From IMG/VR virus record IMGVR_UViG_3300013728_000001: a DNA stretch of 33,445 bases. The stretch is one strand, 5' to 3'. Shown one piece after another: positions 26,708-33,445 of the stretch (positions are counted from its first letter, which is position 1; each line of letters begins with the position of its first letter). A program made the position numbers and the translations under genes. Below the pieces are notes generated by a model. That model was not told the DNA's origin, made no database searches, and worked only from the letters and a program-made list of their open reading frames with translations. Origin of the DNA: an uncultured virus (IMG/VR IMGVR_UViG_3300013728_000001). Taxonomy: Duplodnaviria; Heunggongvirae; Uroviricota; Caudoviricetes.

Positions 26708-27612
26708 CGTTTTGCCTCACCGCCCAGCGCATCCACCAGCCCGGAGAAGAAAGCCGAAAACTCGGACGTGAACAGCATAAAATCAGCAAGCATGCGTGCA
26801 CGCTGATCCTCACGGTCAATATCGTCGTTCTGCTCAGTGAGCATGTCGGCATACTTAATGCCCTTAATACTCAAATCGTCCGCCACACGGCAGAAAATGC
26901 GCTCCTGCCAGTCAAGACTCAGGTGCGTGACTACCTTTCCGGCCTCAATATGCGCGCGCACTTCATCGCTGATTAGATCCTGCTTCTTACAGCGGATTTT
27001 TCCGCCTTCTTCCAGAATCGCCGCGAGCCCGGCCTCGTCGCCCAGCGCAAAGCCCGCCGGCAGGTCGCCGGAGCGCAACCATTCAGTCAGCGTGAGCTCG
27101 ACAGGCTCCTCAGCCATCAGCGGCACAACCGGCAGCGAGCCGATAGTTTTGCGCAGCATGGCGAGCATATCCTCTGCCGCTTTGGCGCTGGCTGCGTCAA
27201 CGTAGATGCGGCTGTGCACGCTGTCGATCCAGATATAAGTCTGCGTGCGGCGGGTAAAGGCGCGCGGCAGCAGCGTGTGAAGGGCTTCATCCTTCAGGGA
27301 AACACGTTCGCTGCGACGCACCTTGCGCGCCTCTTCCTGCTCAATTTTCGCCACGCGATCGGCCACAAACTCGTTAAGCGTGGCGGCGGGCATGATCTTG
27401 CTTTCGGTCTGACAGCACAGCAGGTACTGCCCGTTTTCAGCCAGCAGCAACTCTTCTGAGGTAACGTTGATCCAGCCTGATTTCGCCATGTCCTGCGCGG
27501 CACAGGGAGTAAAAGCCATCGTCTGCAGCTGCTGCGCCAGTTCTTCCGCGTCTAACGGAATATCCCGGCTCAGGCTGTAGACCATGACGTTTTTGAAGAA
27601 GGGAGATTTCAT
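26704..27612 (-). CDS. rdgC: Recombination-associated protein RdgC (P1 HrdC)
   Basis: FFKNVMVY, FTPC..QDMAKSGW, LLPRAF, LRKTIGSLPVVP and ALGGEAKR motifs; ATG 27612 preferred. Confidence 0.92.
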   Translation of the reverse strand: MKSPFFKNVMVYSLSRDIPLDAEELAQQLQTMAFTPCAAQDMAKSGWINVTSEELLLAENGQYLLCCQTESKIMPAATLNEFVADRVAKIEQEEARKVRRSERVSLKDEALHTLLPRAFTRRTQTYIWIDSVHSRIYVDAASAKAAEDMLAMLRKTIGSLPVVPLMAEEPVELTLTEWLRSGDLPAGFALGDEAGLAAILEEGGKIRCKKQDLISDEVRAHIEAGKVVTHLSLDWQERIFCRVADDLSIKGIKYADMLTEQNDDIDREDQRARMLADFMLFTSEFSAFFSGLVDALGGEAKR

Positions 27613-27644
27613 GCGGCTATGTCTCTTAGATAACAATAACCGCC

Positions 27645-27667
27645 ATTCTAAATTAATGTTTTAGAAT
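27645..27667. promoter_or_regulatory. Putative palindromic operator, copy 3, overlapping a TAGAAT -10 box for rdgC
   Basis: ATTCTAAA-N7-TTTAGAAT, a perfect 8-bp inverted repeat. Confidence 0.55.
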
Positions 27668-27678
27668 TACACTTAAAA

Positions 27679-28287
27679 TCACTGGCTGAACTCAAACTGA
27701 GGCGCTTTAGCGCTGAAGGTATCGCCTGAATCAAACACGGTTTTCCCGCCTGCTTTGACCTTCACATTACCGCCCACGTCGATAACCAGATCACCCGGCC
27801 CCAGCATGTATATCTGCCCGCTTTCGTTCATGCCTATGCGTGAACCGCTGGCCGTGTTGGTAATTTCATATCCGCCACCAGCAGACCGGATCTCCAGCAG
27901 ATTATTGCGATGCGAGACAAAATCATCCGTTGCGCTCAGGGCAGGGCGCGCCGGTGCGCCGTCAACGGCTGGTGGCTCGTAGGCGCTGTCCTGTCCGGAG
28001 GCTTCAGCTGCCACGCTCGGCACGCCGCCTGGCGCTGATTGTGCCGCACCGGTGATAAGCGGCCGGCGCGTGTCCGGGCGCCCGCGCGCATCGGTGTACG
28101 GAAACTCTACCCACACTTCATCCCCCGTTTTGCAGGGAATAAACGCGTTGCCTATAGGCAGCTGGTATTCAGCCCAGGGCAGCGTCTCCGCTTCGACGTC
28201 CGCCCACTGCGGTGTAAGGCGGATCTGCGCGCGCATGTGTCCTGACGGGTCTTTGGTGGCCGTGATTACGGCGCGTTGCTTACTCAC
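27679..28287 (-). CDS. Baseplate central spike (P1 gp5 / gpV-like)
   Basis: DPSGHMRAQIR, LPWAEY and GDEVWVEF indicate an OB fold; beta-repeat C-terminus. Confidence 0.85.
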   Translation of the reverse strand: MSKQRAVITATKDPSGHMRAQIRLTPQWADVEAETLPWAEYQLPIGNAFIPCKTGDEVWVEFPYTDARGRPDTRRPLITGAAQSAPGGVPSVAAEASGQDSAYEPPAVDGAPARPALSATDDFVSHRNNLLEIRSAGGGYEITNTASGSRIGMNESGQIYMLGPGDLVIDVGGNVKVKAGGKTVFDSGDTFSAKAPQFEFSQ

Positions 28288-29276
28288 TGGTTGGGTACTC
28301 CTAAAATCATGCGCGTGGTGTAGCCGATGCGATCCTCATGATGAATAGCCGCGGTAACGATAAAGTTTTTCGGCAGCGTCTCGTCAGTCTGGTTTTCCGG
28401 GTCATAGCGGTGGATTTGTACGCCTATCACCATGCCAGCGGTAATGTCCGCGTTGCCGCTGACCTCAATATCCAGCTTTGGAATAAGCACGCGCCCCATA
28501 TTGGTGAGCGTGGCCACATCGGCATCAGAGATATATTTAACCGGCTTGGATTTATCGCCCACGGCAATGTAGCCATCAGTCATGGAGTAACCCACAAACT
28601 GATAATCAGCGCTGCTGGTGGCGGCGGCATCCTGGTTGATATGGCTCAGCTTGCTTATCGTGTATTCCGCTTTCGGGTTATTGGCCTCGTAGACAACCGC
28701 CGGTTTGGTGCCAATGAGTTTGCCTATCTCCTTCATGCAGAACATGCCGCGGGCGCACCACACCAGCGCGCCGTGATCTTCCGCCATCTGGCGCAGAACG
28801 CCGGACGGCTTCTCGCTCATATTCAGGTGATAGGTCATCGCTTTTTTGAACGCGTCAGCCTCAATCGTCAGTGTGCCGGCGAACTCTTTCATGACGTCGC
28901 CAGGCTGACGATCGGCGTACAGGCGCACGCGGGCTGAGGGCGTTTTAAGGCGCTTCAGGTCGGCTGACACGGCGATAATGCGCACCACGTCGCCGCTGGC
29001 CGGCGCGGACGTAACGAAAAACGTCTCACGGTACGCGCCGCGCTTCCCGGTCGGATCGCCCAGCTCTGCCACCAGCGTTGCGCCGTAGCGGGCGCCCATT
29101 TCGTCCATCAGCTTGCCTTCCGGATCGTGCGCCTCCAGCACCAGCAGCGGGGCAGTAAGGGCGGTTTTCTCAATGTAGAGCGCCGACGTTATCCAGCTGC
29201 GCGGCAGTTCTTTGTCATTGATGATCACCGACTGCAGGAAGTACTGCATGGGCTTGTTCTTCTGCTCTGCTGCCAT
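28284..29276 (-). CDS. Baseplate hub (P1 gp6 / gpD-like)
   Basis: 330 aa; TYHLNMSEKPSGVLRQMA and GYSMTDG motifs; directly upstream of the spike gene. Confidence 0.75.
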   Translation of the reverse strand: MAAEQKNKPMQYFLQSVIINDKELPRSWITSALYIEKTALTAPLLVLEAHDPEGKLMDEMGARYGATLVAELGDPTGKRGAYRETFFVTSAPASGDVVRIIAVSADLKRLKTPSARVRLYADRQPGDVMKEFAGTLTIEADAFKKAMTYHLNMSEKPSGVLRQMAEDHGALVWCARGMFCMKEIGKLIGTKPAVVYEANNPKAEYTISKLSHINQDAAATSSADYQFVGYSMTDGYIAVGDKSKPVKYISDADVATLTNMGRVLIPKLDIEVSGNADITAGMVIGVQIHRYDPENQTDETLPKNFIVTAAIHHEDRIGYTTRMILGVPNQ

Positions 29277-29279
29277 CCG

Positions 29280-30053
29280 TTATGCCCCCGCCGGCGCAAG
29301 CTGCGTGTCGTGGCGCACGCTGCGCGCCGTGACTTCGTATGCGGTCAGCACGTCCACCATGACGATCATCGACGTCTGGCAGGCGTAAATGCGCTCCTGA
29401 GAGAACGGCGGCGACATATCGCTGTACATGATGGATTTGGCGTCCTGAATGCTGCAGTTGAGCTCAACCGGCCAGCCAGCCAGCTTGTCATGCGCAATAA
29501 AGCGGGTGGAAAGGCGGGAGCGGAAGTTAGCGGCCAGCGTATTGCACATCAGCGACAGCGTATCTTTGTCGCCGGCAATCAGCGTGATGGTGTAGTTCAG
29601 CGAGGCCTGCGCGGCTTCGATCTCCGCCAGCGGCTTATCATCCTGCGCAGACGCGATCACATCTGCGTAGTTGCGGCGGTCAATCTCATGATCGTTGTTG
29701 TCGTAGGTGATATCGAACCCGCGGGAGAGGTTGATAACCGGCAGCGCGTCGCGGTTGAGGTTCGGCATATCTTCCTGCTTTACGCTGTGGCGTCCGGCGC
29801 CCGCCTGGCGGACGGCGCGCAGAAACTCCAGCACGTCATCAAACTTGCCGACGAATACCCGATCCTCCGGTTTGCGCGCCAGGAAGGCGGCGTAGCGCGC
29901 TTCATGCGGGCGCGGTGCGACAATGACAGCGCCGCGGAACACGTCATTCAGCGCCTTTGCAATGGCGGCATCAGCAGCGGTAAAGCCCGTACTCTGCATC
30001 TGGCCGGTGCGCGTGGTGTCCCATTCGCGGGTGCGGGCGAGTAATTGTTTCAT
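29280..30053 (-). CDS. P1 gp24-like tail terminator/stability protein
   Basis: 257 aa; LNRDALPVINLSRG motif; synteny 26-25-7-24-6-5. Confidence 0.7.
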   Translation of the reverse strand: MKQLLARTREWDTTRTGQMQSTGFTAADAAIAKALNDVFRGAVIVAPRPHEARYAAFLARKPEDRVFVGKFDDVLEFLRAVRQAGAGRHSVKQEDMPNLNRDALPVINLSRGFDITYDNNDHEIDRRNYADVIASAQDDKPLAEIEAAQASLNYTITLIAGDKDTLSLMCNTLAANFRSRLSTRFIAHDKLAGWPVELNCSIQDAKSIMYSDMSPPFSQERIYACQTSMIVMVDVLTAYEVTARSVRHDTQLAPAGA

Positions 30054-30835
30054 TCGATACGTCCGTTGCTGGTGGTGTCAAAGTTGCGGGCGGGAATGCA
30101 GTAGTAGAGCGATCCGACGTTCTGCGTGCCAAAGCCGTAAATGCGGTGGACGTACCACCAGCGGCGCGCCAGGGTGCCGCTGGCCATCTCTTCATTCCAC
30201 TCAAGGATTGAGCCAACCGGCACGCCTTCTGCGGCAATGCGCAGGATCAGCACGTCATCGGTTAAAACGTCCTGCTCGTCGCCGGCATCGAGCACCTGGA
30301 AACTCTCGCGCTCGTCCGGGCAGTCCAGCACCGTGACAATGGCCGGATCGGCATCCTGATAACTCAGCGTGCGCTGGTTGTTGTTCAGTTCGGTAAACGC
30401 GGGTTGTTCAAAGCCGGTTTCGTCGTCCACCTCGCCCACGTCGCGCATATCCGGCAGGTACAGCAGCGCCTGAAACGCGCTGTAGTCGCTCTCTATTGCC
30501 TTAACCCAGTCGCGGCGGACCATATTGTTGAAGGGGGCGTGACCTTTAAAGCGGGGCTTAATCGCCGTGCTCTGCTCGCGTGCTGCCAGGGCATCCGGCA
30601 GTGGAGCGCTCAGCGGGTCATAATCTTCACTGCTGCTGCCGTCAGGGTCATCAGCACCGCCAGTGGCAGCGCCATCGGGTGAGGCGGCGGCGGATTCACC
30701 AGACGCTTCCAGATCGGTTGCAGCGCTGCTGCTGTCCGGCACATCTTCTGCAGGCGCGGGCTGCTCTGTTTCACTGCGGGTTTCCTCGCTGGTGGAAGGG
30801 GGCGTGTCATTAAGAAATTCGTCGTAGCGTCCCAT
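30050..30835 (-). CDS. P1 gp7-like neck/tail stability protein
   Basis: 261 aa with an acidic disordered N-terminus; VPVGSILEW and RWWYVHRIYGFGTQNVGSLYYCIP motifs. Confidence 0.7.
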   Translation of the reverse strand: MGRYDEFLNDTPPSTSEETRSETEQPAPAEDVPDSSSAATDLEASGESAAASPDGAATGGADDPDGSSSEDYDPLSAPLPDALAAREQSTAIKPRFKGHAPFNNMVRRDWVKAIESDYSAFQALLYLPDMRDVGEVDDETGFEQPAFTELNNNQRTLSYQDADPAIVTVLDCPDERESFQVLDAGDEQDVLTDDVLILRIAAEGVPVGSILEWNEEMASGTLARRWWYVHRIYGFGTQNVGSLYYCIPARNFDTTSNGRIE

Positions 30836-32049
30836 TACTGATTACCTGCTTTTGTCTGGTTCTTTGCGTAGTCGATAAACATTTTTTCCGCCTGCGCGCG
30901 CGGCGTGCCGCTCAGCACCAGGGCATCAATGAATGTCTGGCGCTGGATCTTCGCCTGGTCGGCCAGCTGCTGACGCAGCGGCACGTTTTTCGCCTTTTCG
31001 TCCGCCAGCTGCGCCTGCTTTTTCGCCGCGCGGGCGCGCTCCGTAGCGGTGACCTTTTTGGCGCGGGTCAGCTGGCCGCGCAGCTTATCGATCCGGCCAT
31101 CGTCGTTGTTCAGCCGCTTCGCCAGCGCGCCCATGCGCTTCTGATATTTCTCATGCTCGCGCTTTACGGCGGCGGCGTTGGTCTGCGAGTTGCGGTTGCG
31201 GTTGAACTTCGCCTTGTCGGCGTCGGTGAAGTGCTCAGTGGTTTTGCGCGGATCGTCGCCGTAGGCGTTGTTGCCGGCGCTTTTGAGCATCGCCTGGCCG
31301 ATCCGCACCTGCCATGAGGCGGACTGCAGGCGGGTGAAGGCGTGAATGACGTGCTTACAGGCCACGCCTTTCAGATTCGGGTTTTTCTCTTTCGGGTAGG
31401 CGTACTCTTTTGGCGGGGCAAGGGCGAAGTTGCCCGCTGTGGCAATGTAGCGGTACCAGTACTGGTGACGGCCACAATCGCAATCAAAAGAGACGCGGCC
31501 AGCGCAGAGTCGCTTAGCAATTTTGGCGCTGTCTTTGCCATCCGTGACCTCCTCAATGAGCTGATCCCATTCCTCAAAGCGGAACTTCACACGGTGATGT
31601 TTATCAACCGATACGGCGGACGCCTCCACGCTTACCGTGAGCACGTTGTGTTTAAGCGTGGTGGGCGTGGCGCGCTTAATACCGGAACCGTCATCCACGC
31701 GGTTATTGGCGCGCTTAATGTCGATCTGCTGACTGCCTGCCACCAGCTGCGCATACGTGATCCCCGCAACAGCCGCATTAAACTGCTGGCGTGCGCCGGC
31801 GCGGTTTTTCTCAAACCCTTTAAGATCCTCTCTGGTGTAGAAGGTGCCGGACTTCTTTTTGCCCAGGGCAATAATGTCGTCGAGCGCCTTGTTCTTCAGG
31901 GTGAGAGGGTTAAGCGTGCGGTGCGCAATGCGGCGCGAACGCCGGCGGTCTTTGTCTATCTGGTCGAAAACGCGTGAGAACTCTTTCGAGGAGAGCCCGG
32001 CGGTGTCGTAGCGCCCGGATTCGGTGCGGGCAAACGGAGTATCAGCCAC
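30835..32049 (-). CDS. P1 gp25-like protein with a SWIM-type zinc finger
   Basis: FDCDCGRHQYWYRY...NPNLKGVACKHV motif; coiled-coil C-terminus. Confidence 0.75.
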   Translation of the reverse strand: MADTPFARTESGRYDTAGLSSKEFSRVFDQIDKDRRRSRRIAHRTLNPLTLKNKALDDIIALGKKKSGTFYTREDLKGFEKNRAGARQQFNAAVAGITYAQLVAGSQQIDIKRANNRVDDGSGIKRATPTTLKHNVLTVSVEASAVSVDKHHRVKFRFEEWDQLIEEVTDGKDSAKIAKRLCAGRVSFDCDCGRHQYWYRYIATAGNFALAPPKEYAYPKEKNPNLKGVACKHVIHAFTRLQSASWQVRIGQAMLKSAGNNAYGDDPRKTTEHFTDADKAKFNRNRNSQTNAAAVKREHEKYQKRMGALAKRLNNDDGRIDKLRGQLTRAKKVTATERARAAKKQAQLADEKAKNVPLRQQLADQAKIQRQTFIDALVLSGTPRAQAEKMFIDYAKNQTKAGNQ

Positions 32050-32374
32050 TGATTAACTCCGGCTTGCCGCCCGCGTATTCGCGCATGCGGTTACGCAGCC
32101 ACGCCATATCCGGCAGGGAAAGCGTCTGGCCGGCGGGCAGCGGCTCCATCTCTGACTCAATCCCGCACAGCAGCCGGAAGATCCAGCGCAAATCCGCGTT
32201 GCCCTCATAGGCGCGGTATGCCGCCAGGTCAGCGCGGAATATCTCGTCGAGACGGATGGTGTAGTCCTGGTTCTCTTCGTGAAAAGAGGCGGAACGCTTT
32301 ATGACTTCCTGGTGAAAGAGGCTGCGCAGCACCACATCCTCAATAGAGCGATCGTCGAGGCGGTTATAACTCAC
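32042..32374 (-). CDS. P1 gp26-like baseplate protein (LysM/gpX-like)
   Basis: YTIRLDEIFRADLAAYRAY...LRW...LPAGQTLSLP; GTG start. Confidence 0.75.
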   Translation of the reverse strand: MSYNRLDDRSIEDVVLRSLFHQEVIKRSASFHEENQDYTIRLDEIFRADLAAYRAYEGNADLRWIFRLLCGIESEMEPLPAGQTLSLPDMAWLRNRMREYAGGKPELISG

Positions 32375-33024
32375 AGAATCCGCTCCTCGTCGCTGATGCG
32401 CTTCCCGGCCAGCGTCTCCGGCACGGCCTCTGCGGCTTTGATTTTCTCGTAGCCGACAAGGCGCTTAAAGGCATCCATGACGGACGGCTTTTCATCTGTT
32501 GCAGCGGCGCTCATGGCGTTAACGTAGTCCGCTGACGCCACGTTGTTATACCCCACGGCAAAGCAGCACAGGATGGTGAGCACATGCTCCGGGCGTATAT
32601 CACGCCAGTTGATGCGGTACACCTCCTCGCCGCTGGCGTTGTACTCCACCTCCACGATGGAATCGGGGATCTCAAAAGCGCCTTTGTTCTCTTTAGGCAG
32701 CGCGAGATTTTCCTGCAGCATGAGCTCGTTGTAACGCTCAATACCGATCAGCACCGCCGCGCGGCCATCGCTGCCTTTTGCTTTGAGAGAAACGTGATTG
32801 CCGCCCACGACGCCGGACACCTTGCCCGTGGCTTCATCCACCAGCACCTTAAAGCCCTGCGCGCGCAGCGTTTCAATGTAGGGCGTGAGTTTGGCTACCT
32901 GCGCCCGCATACCCTTTGGCAGCGGCTGCGGCTTTGACATGACCAGCGTGTGATCTTCGTAAATGGCGGTGACCGCCATTGGCTGACTGGTTGAGAGACT
33001 GATTACTGCGATTTTCTGTTTCAC
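32371..33024 (-). CDS. Mat-like particle maturation protein
   Basis: INWRDIRPEHVLTILCCFAVGYNNVASADY matches a P1 protein I recall as Mat (name from memory); follows a late-promoter motif. Confidence 0.55.
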   Translation of the reverse strand: MKQKIAVISLSTSQPMAVTAIYEDHTLVMSKPQPLPKGMRAQVAKLTPYIETLRAQGFKVLVDEATGKVSGVVGGNHVSLKAKGSDGRAAVLIGIERYNELMLQENLALPKENKGAFEIPDSIVEVEYNASGEEVYRINWRDIRPEHVLTILCCFAVGYNNVASADYVNAMSAAATDEKPSVMDAFKRLVGYEKIKAAEAVPETLAGKRISDEERIL

Positions 33025-33153
33025 GTCTGTACCCCTGAAAAGGCGAAAGGCCGCATATAGCGGCCTCTCTGGCTTTTAACGTTCCCAACCGCGCGTTGCA
33101 GATTAGGTAAGTTGTCAAAAATTCCATCAGGGAACCGCTAACAGCTTGGGGCG

Positions 33154-33174
33154 ACTTTAAGCGGTTTGTAATTT
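33154..33174 (-). promoter_or_regulatory. Late-promoter motif upstream of the mat-26-25-7-24-6-5 operon
   Basis: Minus strand AAATTACAAAC-CGCT-TAAAGT. Confidence 0.75.
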
Positions 33175-33208
33175 GCAGTGTTACAGGTCAAGCATTTTTT
33201 TTAAAAAT

Positions 33209-33236
33209 AAAAAAAGGCCGCTCAGTGGCGACCTTT
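33209..33236 (-). terminator. Intrinsic terminator
   Basis: Minus strand AAAGGTCGC-CACTGA-GCGGCCTTTTTTT. Confidence 0.75.
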
Positions 33237-33251
33237 CATAGACAACAACGT

Positions 33252-33341
33252 TTAGTCTTGCTGATCTTCTCTTTTCTTTAATGCATCGATATACCGCTGC
33301 CGCTCAATAAGGCCGGCACTTGGATCATTCAGTACATCTTT
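33252..33341 (-). pseudogene. Probable C-terminal remnant of a gene interrupted by IS1
   Basis: Frame is open from the IS end (KDVLNDPSAGLIERQRYIDALKKREDQQD*) and is followed by a terminator. Confidence 0.45.
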
Positions 33342-33343
33342 CC

Positions 33344-33445
33344 GGTAATGACTCCAACTTACTGATAGTGTTTTATGTTCAGATAATGCCCGATGACCTT
33401 GTCATGCAGCTCCACCGATTTTGAGAACGACAGTGACTTCCGTCC
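33344..33445 (-). mobile_element. insB: IS1 right end (IRR plus 3' end of insB), cut by the window edge
   Basis: GGTAATGACTCCAACTTACTGAT is the IS1 terminal repeat; the minus strand encodes ...VIGHYLNIKHYQ* with the stop at 33359-33361. Confidence 0.95.

Noticed and set aside
22990..29276. Type VI secretion system or tailocin, suggested by PAAR, spike and sheath genes
   Set aside because: A major capsid gene, holin, spanins and P1 gene order show this is a phage virion module.
1..33445. CRISPR array, tRNA/rRNA genes, iterons, reverse transcriptase or diversity-generating retroelement
   Set aside because: None seen by eye: intergenic gaps are short and show no regularly spaced repeats or RT motifs. 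A covariance-model scan was not possible.

Overview
The window is the virion-morphogenesis arm of a P1-related (P1/D6-type) enterobacterial phage-plasmid, with most genes on the minus strand. From right to left: end of an IS1 inserted in a gene; a mat-like gene; genes 26, 25, 7, 24, 6, 5; hrdC (RdgC); a broken dmt locus (C5-methylase 5' fragment, HNH endonuclease, intact Dam domain); small hypotheticals; PAAR (upfC); upfB; overlapped spanins; two plus-strand accessory genes; major capsid 23; sheath 22; gene 21; pmgG; bplB; pmgC; tub; pmgB; sit; pmgA; bplA; gene 16; R; tail fibre S; chaperone U; lydA; lydB; and hdf, cut by the left edge. Gene names come from my recall of P1 protein motifs and gene order, not from a database search. 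The P1 non-structural blocks (cin inversion system, immI/repL, parAB/repA, tRNA/ban) are missing from their P1 positions. Two repeated regulatory motifs are visible: a late-promoter motif AAATTACAAAC-N4-TAnnnT (5 copies) and a 23-bp palindromic operator (3 copies). The most unusual spot is the HNH cassette, which replaces most of the C5-methylase domain while the Dam reading frame stays open across the whole HNH gene.
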